From positions 355,446,001-355,510,000 of the forward strand of contig OZ024743.1 in the NCBI GenBank assembly GCA_964016885.1: DNA of 64,000 nucleotides, given 5' to 3'. The position numbers were made by a program, and so were the translations under genes. The DNA comes from Eledone cirrhosa (taxonomy: Eukaryota). The notes under the pieces were generated by a model that did no database searches, was not told the origin of the DNA, and worked only from the letters and a program-made list of their open reading frames with translations. Below, piece by piece: positions 1 to 13,413 of the stretch; position 1 is the first letter of the stretch, and each line of letters begins with the position of its first letter.

Positions 1-62
<62 letters not shown>

Positions 63-198
63 ATGTATATATATATATATATACATCCATATATACATAT
101 ATACACACACTTACGTACATATACACATACAGACATAAATACATAAATACATACATACACACGCATACACATACATACATACATACATACATACATAC

Positions 199-806
199 AT
201 GGTGGCTGCCAACTCGTTTTCGAGTACGGCCACTACTTTATATCCATGTAGGAGAACCCCTACCGATGCGCTGAACGAGTGTGACTTTTTAGTCCAGCCA
301 GCGACTTGAAAACTCTGGTACAAACACTACACTTGTGACAATTACTGACACATAGTGCTGGGCCCATGGTACCATGTGACGACAAGTGCAGAGAGATCTC
401 CAGATATAAAGCAATGCCTGTGCCGTGAAGCTTTTATAGTGAGCAAAGGCACTGCACAAAGCCAGTCCCACTCTCTTAACCAAGATGATATTTACCAAAA
501 AGAAGAACAAGTCAACATCATTGGATACCATCAGGGTTGCAGGTGTTATATCAGAGTTTTCCTTCTCCTAGAATTCTGCCTTGACAAAGGCTAAGGGGTC
601 ATCTCTCCCGGTGATTTTGGATGGCCATTGACTCTTAAGAGCTCCTTTGCTCTTTGACAGGTTTTGTTTTTAGTCCTGCAGGATGTCCAAAGTCACCCTC
701 CTCACCAAGAAACCTTGGTGGGGTTGCCAGTTTAGTCGCCAACGACCCGACCATGAGACAGGTTGTACTGGGATACATGTTACCAGTAGCACCAACTGGT
801 GACCTG
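199..806 (-). mobile_element. ~610-bp non-coding retroelement (RTE-5'UTR-like, SINE-like), copy 1, inserted in (ATGT)n
   Basis: Near-identical to 3277-3886 and flanked on both sides by (ACAT)n. The minus strand carries CTAGGAGAAGGAAAACTC, a motif typical of RTE LINE 5' UTRs. No credible ORF. Confidence 0.75.
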
Positions 807-877
807 ACATACATACATACATACATACATACATACATACATACATACATACATACATACATACATACATACATACA

Positions 878-908
<31 letters not shown>

Positions 909-2094
909 CTATACATATATGTGTGTGTATGTCTAAGCGTTAATTAGATTTTTTTCAATATGTATTTCATCTATATTTTTGTTATTTAATATTATTGTTC
1001 TAAGATTTACTTCTGTATCGAGTTTTGGGTGGTTGTTGTAGCGGTATGGGTGATATTGGTTATCAGCGTCATCGTGTGGTGATAGTAGTGGTGGTAGTAG
1101 AGGTGGTAGTAGAGGTGGTAGTAGAGGTGGTAGTAGAGGTTGTAGTGGTTGGGATGTTGGTGGTGAGATAGGAAGTATGTTAGGCCTAGATATGATGGTG
1201 GTCTTGGTGGTAGTGGTAGTTGTGGTGGTGTTGGTTATAGTACATACTTGTATTAGTAGGTAGTTGTAGTGGCAGTGGTGCAGGTTATAGTATATAGTGG
1301 TAGTTGTGCTAAGTGTAGTATGGAGTAATGGTAGTGGTGCAGGGTACAGTATGTAGCAAAACTAAACGTGGTAGACTGGTAGTGATATGATGGCAGTTTT
1401 CATGAGAGTTATGATATTGTTAATAATTAACCCAAGGTCATTTTCCCTCCATTTGACCCATAGTCAAATGCGTTATAGCCGTCACCATACCATCTTTTGT
1501 TTTCCTTTTTACTACTGACAGTTTATCTAATACTGCATTATCAAATGTACCCGTTTTTCTTTTTCAATGCAGTTTAGTTGGGTTTGAAGATTTGACACTT
1601 TATAGCAGATCAAATGACCACATGGTTTCAATAGTAGTTAGTGGTGTGTTTATTGGTATATGTACAAACTTATTTCAGTTTCTCTATGTCATTGGAAAGA
1701 GCCTTTGTTCCGACGTTTCGGACAAAGACTCTCTTCGGAGAAAGCAGATTAACAATATATATATGTCAACCAACGTGAACCTCCATCAGTCACATTTAAT
1801 TCTATTTTTAGCTTTTTTTTTGTTAATATCAAGTCAAACTAGCTGGAACAGATCTATGACTGAAGATGATCCAGACGGGAAATGTTGTCTTTTTGTGTAT
1901 CAGGAATTACATTGTTAAATGTATCCTTCTTTTTGCAGATTAAGCTACTATTTCTAGCAAAATGATTGTATCAAAGCTCCCTCGTGCCACTGCCGCTTCT
2001 GAAGGACGCAGTATAGGTGATAGTGATCATTTAAGTATTATATAAAGCGGATGCTCAGAGTTGATATAGAAGTTCTAAGCTCAATTAATTTGTA

Positions 2095-2425
2095 TGGGTC
2101 AATGGTCGAGAAACATTTTTGGAGGTGGGCCAGATTGGAGAAACTTTTATGTTGTGCAGAGCCAAGCTATTAAATTATGAAACCACTTTCTTTTTGTTTT
2201 GTTTTGCTAGACCATAGGAAGCTTAGAAATTAATGATAAAATGATGTTTATCAACGAATTAAATCAGCGAAAATAATACAAGAATTGTGATAACCAAAGA
2301 TTGATAAGTAAAAAGAAAGATTGTTGTAAGCAACGTCAGATATGCAATGAAGTCCATTAACTGGATAAGATGAAAATGTGAGCTAGATCTGGCTTATGGA
2401 CTGTAGTTTGCCGACTTCTACTCTA
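2095..2425. mobile_element. Eroded hAT-like MITE
   Basis: Ends resemble CAGGGGTCGGCAAAC...GTTTGCCGACCCCTG-type termini (gtttgccgacttcta at ~2406), with internal gggccagat/atctggc motifs. Heavily decayed. Confidence 0.3.
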
Positions 2426-2534
2426 AGCGGTGGAGGAGTTTGTTTTCCTTATTACGCATAGATGCATTTCGTTGAATGATATTGGCAGAAAGGCGTAAAC
2501 TAATGTCTTACACTATTTACTTTTGACTTGGAGA

Positions 2535-2790
2535 ACCTGAACTCAAGTACTCATGATTTACTCGTCTTCCTTCCTCTCGTCATTCATGTCGTGTACAACC
2601 TCCCAGGTTCCACGTTAACCACTACACTCAGTTCTTTTGTTATCAGAAGTTTGGCTCCTTCGGTTGTTTTTTCTGCATTCATCGATTGTTACACTGTAAT
2701 TGGAATGATAACGGTATTGATTTCCTCAGTCTCGGAAGGCTTTCAAAGGCGATGACCATTACCACTTCAAGGCCGAGACAATAAAAAAAG
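2535..2790 (+). pseudogene. Degenerate 3' end of a CR1/Jockey-group LINE ORF2
   Basis: One frame reads TRLPSSRHSCRVQPPRFHVNHYTQFF, resembling the TR..H..P..Y..F C-terminus, followed by aataaaaaa. Confidence 0.3.
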
Positions 2791-3276
2791 GATTAGAGTT
2801 TGATGCAGCCACTTTTCAGCTGGAAATAGGCTTTAACAGGCCCTCTGACGCCCAGCTGAGGTACTGATGATTTTCAAATATTCACACACAAACACAAACT
2901 TTCATGTACACATACAGTCTCATGTGCACATATAAAAGCGTGTACACACACATTTAGGTTCACATACACTCATGTACGCACACACTTATGTCCACACAGT
3001 CATGCACACAGACTCGTCTACACATACAGACACATGTATACACAGAGACACACACCAACACATACATAGACTGGCCAACATACACACTCTCAACAACACA
3101 CACAGACTCAACACACACCGATTCACCAACACATACACACACATAAACACACACATACACACATACATACATACATACACACAAACATACATACCTTCAT
3201 ACATATACATACATACATACATACATACATACATACATACATACATACATACATACATACATACATACATACATAC

Positions 3277-3886
3277 ATGGTGGCTGCCAACTCGTTTTCG
3301 AGTACGGCCACTACTTTATATCCATGTAGGAGAACCCCTACCGATGCGCTGAACGAGTGTGACTTTTTAGTCCAGCCAGCGACTTGAAAACTCTGGTACA
3401 AACACTACACTTGTGACAATTATTGACACATAGTGCTGGGCCCATGGTACCATGTGATGACAAGTGCAGAGAGATCTCCAGATATAAAGCAATGCCTGTG
3501 CCGTGAAGCTTTTATAGTGAGCAAAGGTACTGCACAAAGCCAGTCCCACTCTCTTAACCAAGATGATATTTACCAAAAAGAAGAACAAGTCAACATCATT
3601 GGATACCATCAGGGTTGCAGGTGTTATATCAGAGTTTTCCTTCTCCTAGAATTCTGCCTTGACAAAGGCTAAGGGGTCATCTCTCCCAGTGATTTTAGAT
3701 GGCCATTGACTCTTAAAAGCTCCTTTGCCCTTTGACAGGTTTTGTTTTTAGTCCTGCAGGATGTCCAAAGTCACCCTCCTCACCAAGAAACCTTGGTGGG
3801 GTTGCCAGTTTAGTCGCCAACGACCCGACCATGGGACAGGTTGTACTGGGATACATGTTGCCAGTAGCACCAACTGGTGACCTGAC
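3277..3886 (-). mobile_element. ~610-bp non-coding retroelement, copy 2, inserted in (ATGT)n
   Basis: Same sequence and same ends as 199-806, differing by scattered substitutions; (ACAT)n on both sides. Confidence 0.75.
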
Positions 3887-3897
3887 ACATACATACA

Positions 3898-3928
<31 letters not shown>

Positions 3929-3977
3929 CCATCCATCCATACATACATGCATGCATACATACATACATACATACATA

Positions 3978-4247
3978 TCTCTATGCAATACAGGAACAAG
4001 AACTCCCTACCAAATATCTGCTGCACAAAAGAGGAGGGCCAGCAGCTGACAATAAATGTAGGCTATGTAAAACAAAGATCGATGATGAAAGCCATATTGT
4101 TGCCAGCTGCGAAAGAATGTCATCTCGCTACTAAACCCCCCCCCCCCCCCCCCATGAGACACGATGGGATAGCTAGAACCATCTGGAACGCACTTCGGAA
4201 AACAAAATTAACAACAAACGAGGAAGAATATATTGAGACTGATGGCA
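3978..4247 (+). pseudogene. R4/Dong-like non-LTR retrotransposon fragment (CCHC knuckle region)
   Basis: Frameshifted LYAIQEQELPTKY...CRLCK...RHDGIARTIW; paralogous to 4601-4810. Confidence 0.8.
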
Positions 4248-4312
4248 CATACATACATACATACATACATACATACATACATACATACATACATACATAC
4301 ATACATACATAC

Positions 4313-5278
4313 ACTACAGAAAATGTCGAATAGGAAATCACCAGGATACTGGTTGAAGAATTTCACTTTCTATCGGCAAGATCTCATACGGCTGTTTACA
4401 GAAACCATTAAAGGCACACAAGAACTTCCCAGATGGTTCTCAATTGCCACTACTCTCCTCATTCCCAAAAATAGCCAAACCACCCTTGCTAAAAATTACC
4501 GCAGGCCAAAACATCATGTATAAATTATATACTGGGTGCCTTAACCTCTTCTTACAAGATCACTGTGCTACCAACAACATTATAACACCTGAGCAAGCTG
4601 GTGGAAAGAGGAGCGTCATCAGCTGACAATAAATGCAGGCTATGTAAAACAAAGATCGAAGATGTAAGCCACATTGTTGCCAGCTGCGAAAGAATGTCAT
4701 CTCGCTACTACCTCCCCATGAGACACGATGGGATAGCTAGAACCATCTGGAACTCACTTCGGAAAACAAAATTGAAAACAAACGAGGAGGAATATATTGT
4801 GACAGATGGCACTAAGGAATACTGGTGGAACCTGAAAATAAAAACTGCCACCAAATTAAAGCACAACCGGCCTGATATTGTTGTTTGGGACCACACATTG
4901 AAAACGTGTTCTGTTGTGGAGATCAGCTTCCCACTTGATGTAAACGTTATCAGAAAAATACAGGAGAAGGAGGACATCTACGGACCATTGATGAGGAGTT
5001 TACAAATCCAGTATCCAAGATACACCTTTAGCTTCTTACCCATCATTATTGGAGCTACGGGTTATATACCAACCCGCTTGGACCAATGTATAACTTAACT
5101 TGGACAAAGAGCGCAGCTCCCTAATTCATAGTCTTCAAATGGCTGCGATAGCTGGCACCTTCAAAATTTGCAAAACATTCTTGCGATTCAAGGGATGACA
5201 ATTTCTTTTCTTTTACAACCTTGCCACCAGGAAGGTGGCCGGTCAAAAATATACTCGAAATTAAGAGAAAGAGATAAC
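4313..5278 (+). mobile_element. R4/Dong-like RLE non-LTR retrotransposon, internally deleted, with 3' UTR and (CATA)n tail
   Basis: RT N-terminal motifs (KSPG..YWLK, TTLLIPK, NYR, MYKLYT, EQAG) are joined directly to CRLC..EDVSHIVASC, RHD and RPDIVVWD..VVEIS..K (PD-(D/E)xK restriction-like endonuclease). Confidence 0.88.
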
Positions 5279-5350
5279 ATACATACATACATACATACAT
5301 ACATACATACATACATACATACATACATACATACATACATACATACATAC

Positions 5351-6665
5351 ATGGATAGGCTATACTTCTCCTGCAAGGAAGATGGCTGGGGTCTAAAATA
5401 CATATTAACATCATACGAAGCCCGGATAGTAACACTGAAGCAACATCTTCAGCAGTAGAAAATGGTCAGCAACCATCTTGCCCAGGTCTATAAGCATGAA
5501 GGAAATAATTGTTTCTACTTTTGGCACAAGGCCAGCAATTACCCAGTGCATTACTGGTACTTTATTTTATCGACCCCGTATGGATGAAAGGCAAAGTCAA
5601 CCTCCGTGGGATTTGAACTCAGAATGGCAAGGGCCGTAACTCTAAGGAAATAATATCATTAGGATAGCCACAGAGGAGAAATATGGAATAAGGTCTGATA
5701 TAAATCTCTCTCCCAGAGAAATCGGAAGATCCTATTCAATGTTCGAGCAAGATAAAAAAAATGGATCAATTTACGGAGAAAGTTGTGCATAGGTACCTGA
5801 GACGAAAAACACAAACCATAGAGGAGATAAATAATTCAAAAAGCCTAGCATGGAGTTCCGACAAGTTTATAACATCCCACCTTGAAGGATATCTCTATGC
5901 AATACATGAACAAGAAGTCCCTACCAAATATCTGCTACACAAAAGAAGAGCGACATCAGTCGACAATAAATGTAGACTTTGTAAAACAAAAATCGAAGAT
6001 GTTAGCCCCATTGTTGCCAACTGCGAATGAATGTCGTTTCGCTACTACCTCCCTGTGAGACACGATGTGATAGCTAGAACTATCTGGAGCGCAATTAGGA
6101 AAACAAAATTAAAAACAAATGAGGAGGAATATGTTGAGATAGGTGGCACTAAAGAATACCCTGCACCACTACCATTACTCCATACTACACTTAGCACAAC
6201 TACCACTAATACCACCTGAAAATAAAAACTGCCACCAAAAAACAGAACCGGCCTAATATTGTTTGGGAACACACATTGAAAACGTGCTCTGTTGTAGAGA
6301 TCAGCTGCCCACTTGATGTAAACGTTGTAAGAAAAATACAAGAGGAGGAGGACGTCTACGGACCATTGATGAGGAGTTTACAGATCCAGTATCTAAGATA
6401 CACCTTCAGCTTCATACCCATCATTATTGGAGCTATAGGTTATATACCAACCCGCTTGGACCAAGGTATGACTGAACTTGGATTTGTGGACAAAGAGCGC
6501 AGCTCCCTAATTCATAGACTACAAATGACTGCGATATCTGGCACCTTCAAATTTTGCAATACATTCTTGCGATTCAAGGGATGACAATTTTCTTTTTTTT
6601 TACAACCTTACCACCAGGAAGGTGGCCAGTCAAAAATGTACTCGAAATTAAGAGAAAGAGAAACG
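5351..6665 (+). mobile_element. R4/Dong-like RLE non-LTR retrotransposon, 5'-truncated, with 3' UTR and (CATA)n tail
   Basis: RLYFSCKEDGWGL (RLY.PR..GGRGL-like), EGYLYAIHEQEV, CRLC, RHD, VVEISCP. Same 3' UTR as 5200-5278. Interrupted by a SINE and a 52-bp insertion. Confidence 0.88.
5510..5643 (-). mobile_element. tRNA-derived SINE (Meta-domain-like core), 5'-truncated
   Basis: B box and GCCTTTCATCC..GGGGTCGATAAAATAAAGTACCAG core; 11-bp target-site duplication aaggaaataat (5499-5509 / 5644-5654). Confidence 0.9.
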
Positions 6666-7019
6666 TACATACATACATACATACATACATACATACATAC
6701 ATACATACATACATACATACATACATACATTCTGAGAGTTCCTTATACTCTGACGAAGGGAATTTTAAGTCCCGATATATTAGAACGAAAGAAACAAAAG
6801 AAAAGGTTTCCCGGTAACTTCAGGTTTTCCTTGACTTCATCTTACCGTCTATTTTTGCATGGTTTAGCCTTATTACATATATCACTTTCTACGTTATATA
6901 TATAATGAACACGTGACTATTGAAGTCATGTCCTTTAATTGAAAGAAAATAATAATATTTCAATATTTCGATTTGCTGTGATTTTGTTAGTCGTAGTTAG
7001 TAGCTGTTGTCGATGCTGT

Positions 7020-7200
7020 GCACGCAACATGGTTGAAAGGTTAAGAAGTTCTTTTCGCAAATATTATGTACCGGGGTCGATCCCGTTACGGGGCAACTTG
7101 GGCAAGTGTCATTTACCATAGACACGGCTTGACCCGTGCTTTGTGAATGAAATTTCGAAAACAGAAACTGCAGAGATGTCCAACGGATGGACTATAGTTG
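7020..7200 (+). mobile_element. Old tRNA-derived CORE-like SINE
   Basis: A-box-like tggttgaaaggttaaga and B-box-like ggggtcgatccc, followed by the CORE-type motif acttgggcaagtgtc. Confidence 0.55.
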
Positions 7201-7319
7201 TAATTCAAAGGGCCACCATTATCACACACGGCCTCATGATGAATATCCCTGAAAATTACGCGTGAAGATTACACATCTCTGTGAAAGTCGTAGTCACTTA
7301 CACTTTAATGTTATAAGTA

Positions 7320-7850
7320 CGAGGGGGCTTCAAACGGTTCGTGGAAAAATACATAGCTAAAAATCGTATACATGGATTTTGATCTCAATGCACCTATACG
7401 TTCTCGTACTAACGTATTATAATATGTTATAACATGAATCCATAAGTGCATGTTGAAACGCAGAGTGCCAGTCGGAAGTCAACACCCACTGAGCAATATG
7501 GCCTCCATCAAAACATCAAATTCACGGTGAAGCTAGGGTGGATGAGCAGTTCTGGAGCAAGTTTATGGGGACAATGCACCAAAGAAATCAATAACCTACA
7601 GATGGATAAGTCATTTTAGAAGTGGAAGAGATGAGGTTGAAGATGATCCCCAGTTGAAGGTGTAAAAGAAGCTGCTTTGACATTATTTAAATCGCATGGC
7701 CCTCAGTTTTATACAGATGAACTTAAAGGCCGGAATTAACGTTTGCAGAAGCGCATTGACCTAGATGGAGCATACGTTGGAAAATAAACATCATAACTTA
7801 AACCCTTTTTTCAACTGTCTTTTTTCCTCGAACTTTTTGAAGCACCCTCC
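7320..7850 (+). mobile_element. Internally deleted mariner DNA transposon (Hsmar2/irritans-like)
   Basis: TA-flanked ~30-bp imperfect TIRs (cgagggggcttcaaacggttcgtggaaaaa / tttttcctcgaactttttgaagcaccctcc). Transposase remnants NIKFTVKLGW, VYGDNAPKKSITYRWISHFRSGRDEVEDD and RLQKRIDLDGAYVGK*. Confidence 0.9.
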
Positions 7851-8179
7851 TAGTGTTTTCTGTTGATCGAACAACTGGAACACTCATCGTCGATACTGAT
7901 GGAGATCCTTTTCATGCCATATTGTCAGTGATATTGTTGCTGATGCCATGAATTAATTTCGCTGCTTCTGTCGTAGTTATTGTAGTATTTATTTTATAAC
8001 ACATACATACCTATTAATTTATATTTTATTTCTATTGTTGTTGATGTTATACACATTGTTAATGTTGCTAGCTGTGTTATATCTTATTCTTGTTTACAGT
8101 CGTTGCTGCTGATATCATTAATCATAGTTGTTGTTAATATTAATAGTATTAATGCTGTTACTGTCGTTGTGTCTGATGT

Positions 8180-8640
8180 TGGTGGTGGTGGTGGTGTCTG
8201 TGGTGGTGATGGTGATGTTGATGGTAATGGTGGTGGTTATGGTGGTGGCGGTAGTGGTGGTGGTGTTTGTGGTGTTGATGTTGATGGTAATGGTGGTGGT
8301 TATGGTGGTGGCGGTAGTGGTGGTGGTGGTGTTTGTGGTGATGGTGATGTTGATGGTAATGGTGGTGGTTATGGTGGTGGCGGTAGTGGTGGTGGTGTTT
8401 GTGGTGGTGGTGTTTGTGGTGGTGGTGGTGATGGTGATGTTGATGGTAATGGTGGTGGTTATGGTGGTGGTGGTAGTGGTGGTGGTGGTGTTTGTGGTGT
8501 TGATGTTGATGGTAATGGTGGTGGTTATGGTGGTGGCGGTAGTGGTGGTGGTGTTTGTGGTGGTGGTGATGGTGATGTTGATGGTAATGGTGGTGGCGGT
8601 AGTGGTGGTGGTGGTGTCTGTGGTGTTGATGTTGATGTTG
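8180..8640. repeat. (GGT)n-derived compound repeat with ~60-bp higher-order units
   Basis: Repeated gatgttgatggtaatggtggtggttatggtggtggcggtagtggtggtggtgtttgtggt. Confidence 0.9.
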
Positions 8641-8802
8641 CAGATATCATTGCACTTATGAGATTCTTGTTAGTTGTTATTTTTATATATAACACCAATT
8701 TATACCCGATGGAACAGACCTATCATAAAAGACAGTACTTTTTTCTTAAGTATACAATGCTCAAGCTATTAATTACACCATCCAATGTGCTTTTTCTTAA
8801 TA

Positions 8803-8980
8803 TTTGTTTCTACTTTTGGCACAAGGCCAGCAATTACCCAGTACATTACTGGTACTTTATTTTATCGACCTCGTAAGGATGAAAGGCAAAGTTAACCTCG
8901 GCGGGATTTGAACTCAGACCGTAAAGGGACGTAACTATGCTGGAAAGCATGGTGTCCGACCCTCTACCGATACTGCCAAT
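8803..8980 (-). mobile_element. tRNA-derived SINE (Meta-like)
   Basis: A box TGGCAGTATCGG, B box GAGTTCAAATCC, core and tail present on the minus strand. Confidence 0.9.
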
Positions 8981-9359
8981 ATTGTTGCCCAACATGGTTT
9001 GAGCGAAAATTGCTGCTATTTCTAGCAGGCTGGTTTACCGCAATCTATATGTAACTGTTGTATAAATGCTTCATAGTTACTTCTTGTCGATGTTATCGTG
9101 GTTGGGATTCCTACTTCTTATTAATTTTCAAATATAAAATAATTCCGCCTAAAAACTAATCGAACAAAGAAAAACAGAGGGGTTGAAAAGGGGCGATGTC
9201 CCGCCACCACCAGGAAACTCTGACATGATTTTCGGAGATAAATGAGTTTTCGCAGCATGCTGTAAGTGTAAAAGAGCGGCCCGTAAAAGAGTTTGATATA
9301 AAGATTTATATTAGTTGCTCTCTGACGAGGCTTCAGCCTCTTGAATTACCGACTTGCTG

Positions 9360-10400
<1,041 letters not shown>

Positions 10401-10435
10401 TATTTTAAAACTGTTTCTCTATTTGCTAAACCTTG

Positions 10436-10497
<62 letters not shown>

Positions 10498-10500
<3 letters not shown>

Positions 10501-10603
10501 ATAATAATAAACTTGAAGACTAAAATCCAAAGAGGGCTCGATAAGGATAAATATATATCAAATATATAAGAACCGTAGAGCAAATAATCTGTTATTTTAA
10601 TAA

Positions 10604-10608
<5 letters not shown>
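10498..10608 (-). mobile_element. Solo 3' terminal fragment of the Penelope-like family at 28647-34131, inserted in (TA)n
   Basis: Matches 28878-28965 (gaagactaaaatccaaagagggctcgataaggataaat...gaaccgtagagcaaat). Confidence 0.85.
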
Positions 10609-10658
<50 letters not shown>

Positions 10659-10726
10659 CAAGGTTTAGCAAATAGAGAAAAAGTTTTAAAATAATTTTTT
10701 AAATGTTCGCTGTACTTACTATATGT

Positions 10727-10810
10727 ACCCTTACCGCGCGGTTTCAAATCCGAAAATAAATGCATAATCCAGGCGGACCACCATTGAGAAGGGCATTCTC
10801 GTCAGAAGGT
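10727..10810 (-). ncRNA. Type-I hammerhead ribozyme candidate with enlarged domain II
   Basis: Minus strand: acctt-CTGACGA-gaat...attt-GAAA-ccgcgcgg-TA/agggt. Stem I 5 bp; palindromic stem III ACCGCGCGGT; GUA triplet. Confidence 0.6.
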
Positions 10811-11175
10811 TCTTCTCGCTCGGAGAATATAAAATTCCCGAGTTCAAATCACAAACTGGCGCCATACAAAACTATTCCCAGATGAGAGTGAATGAGGAAG
10901 GGACCAATTCTGTCTAGTGCCGTGTGTATAGACAGAAGGCAAGGGTGGACAGGTCAATGTCCTGCCACTAGAAGCAGTTCAAACAACCAAAATGTTATCT
11001 CTATCTTAGGGGAGATTAATAATAAAGTGTGTTCCTACGTGTAAAAAATACATATAGGGATACAAGTATTATCCAACCGTATGCCAATATGATTCTATGG
11101 CAGGTTAATAAATTGTGTATATGTGTATGTGTGTGTATATATATATGTTTGTATGTGTGTGTGTGTATCTGAGTG

Positions 11176-11230
<55 letters not shown>

Positions 11231-11304
11231 GTGTATGTGTGTGTATGTATGTATGTGTGTATGTGTATATATTTGTGTATGTGTGTGTGTATGTTTGTCT
11301 GTGA

Positions 11305-11340
<36 letters not shown>

Positions 11341-11439
11341 ATATGTGTGTGTGTCTATGTGTGTGTGTGTGTGTGTATGTGTGTGTATGTATGTATGTGT
11401 GTATGTATATATATTTGTGTATGTGTGTGTGTATGTTTG

Positions 11440-11490
<51 letters not shown>

Positions 11491-11622
11491 ATGTGTGTGT
11501 GTCTATGTGGGTGTGTGTGTGTGTGTGTGTGTGTATGTGGGTGTTACTAGTAGAAATTATTCACCTTCTTGTGTATAAGTGTCTGGATATTGTGTTATTG
11601 TGTACGCGTATATCACTGAGGC

Positions 11623-11805
11623 ATTGGCAGTATGGGTAGAGCGTCAGACCCCATGCTTTGCAGTATGGAGTTATGGCGCTTTGCGTTCTGAGTTCAAATC
11701 CCGTCGAGGTTAACTTTGCCTTTCATCCTTACGGGGTCGATAAAATAAAGTACCAGTAATGCACTAGGGTAATTGGTGGTCAGTGCCAAAAGTAGAAACA
11801 ATTAT
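11623..11805 (+). mobile_element. tRNA-derived SINE (Meta-like)
   Basis: A box, B box, core and GAAACAATTAT tail. Confidence 0.9.
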
Positions 11806-11877
11806 AAGTAAGTGTACAATTTCACGAGTATTTATGTGCGTCTAAGTATATGAGTGCCTCTCTCTATCTCTCTCTTC

Positions 11878-11976
<99 letters not shown>

Positions 11977-12126
11977 TGCCTCTATGCGTGAGTGTGTGGG
12001 TTAATAGGCCTATTTAATGTGTTCATTTATATGTATCATTATGTTTGCATGACTATAAGGAGCAGAGCTGTTAGAACGTCGGATAATATGCTTCGCGGTA
12101 TATTATGTGTGTGTATAGGGGTGGTG

Positions 12127-12292
<166 letters not shown>

Positions 12293-12561
12293 GTTCAAGA
12301 GTAACCAATCTTAAAGAGAGAGATGGAGATAGGAGAGGAGAGATTGGTGAATTAGTTAGAAGCCAAAGCGTAAAGGCATGTGCTCAATGTGCAATATGCA
12401 GTGAAAAGCAGCTAGGTGGCTGGGTTCATGCAGAAGTTAGGTGCGCAGAGCTGGAAATATTCATTAGTTAAGCAAAACAAGACCACACATTTCACAAGGA
12501 AGACATTATTAAAAGATTGTCAACATATTTTAGTTTGATGTAAGGAATGTAGAGAATAATA

Positions 12562-12730
12562 ATAATTGTTTCTACTTTAGGCACAAGGCCAGCAATTACT
12601 GGTACTTTATTTTATCGACCCCGTAAGGATGAAAAGCAAAGTCAACCTTGGCGGGATTTGAATTCAGATCGTAAAGGGACAGGGACGTAACTATGCTAGA
12701 AAGCATGGCGTCCGACCCTCTACCGATACT
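12562..12730 (-). mobile_element. tRNA-derived SINE (Meta-like)
   Basis: Same family; small internal deletion. Confidence 0.9.
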
Positions 12731-13145
12731 CCGTTTACAATTGTTTCGGCCATCTTGTTACCCATAGGCAGATCACACAATGCAGCCTAGACAGAAGAAT
12801 ACTGCTTGATTATGGCAGACAATTGATACACCCAGGACAGCATAGTGAAATACCAATATATGGAACATTACATTATGTAACATTCTTTCCTTATTTTAAT
12901 TTATATTCCTTTGAAGTTCCGATGAGCCGCCCTATCTTTAACTATGTTAATTATTTTCAACTGAACCAGATCAATAATGATATATCGTCATTTGATCCAG
13001 AAATATTATATGGAGTAGCGAAACAATTGTAAACGGACATTATTATTATTAATATTATTATTATTATTCTCTACATTCCTTACATCAAACTAAAATATGT
13101 TGACAATCTCCTTGTAAAATTTGTGGTCTTCTTTTGCTTAACTAA

Positions 13146-13202
<57 letters not shown>

Positions 13203-13357
13203 CGAAGGAAGTGTGGTAAGGAACCAGGTGGACCATAACGCACCAGAGTATTCAATACTTTGGGTAGTAGAGTGGGTAATAGGAAAATGTTCAGGACCCC
13301 GACGACAGAGCTCAATCCGTTTCGACGGCTATTAGCCGTCGGAGTCCTGAACATTTG

Positions 13358-13413
<56 letters not shown>

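Noticed and set aside
355-947. ORFs of 79-105 aa conserved between the two 610-bp copies
   Set aside because: The conservation reflects recent copy identity; no protein motifs, and several of the ORFs run into microsatellite.
8103-8876. 257-aa glycine-rich ORF with a hydrophobic N-terminus (GGGYGGG repeats), resembling a structural protein
   Set aside because: Starts at TTG, nearly every repeat codon ends in T as expected from a (GGT)n microsatellite, the overlapping frame is also open, and the ORF ends inside a SINE.
9325-9350. CTGACGA-ggc ttca gcc hammerhead-like start
   Set aside because: No GAAA after the stem and no stem I or stem III pairing.
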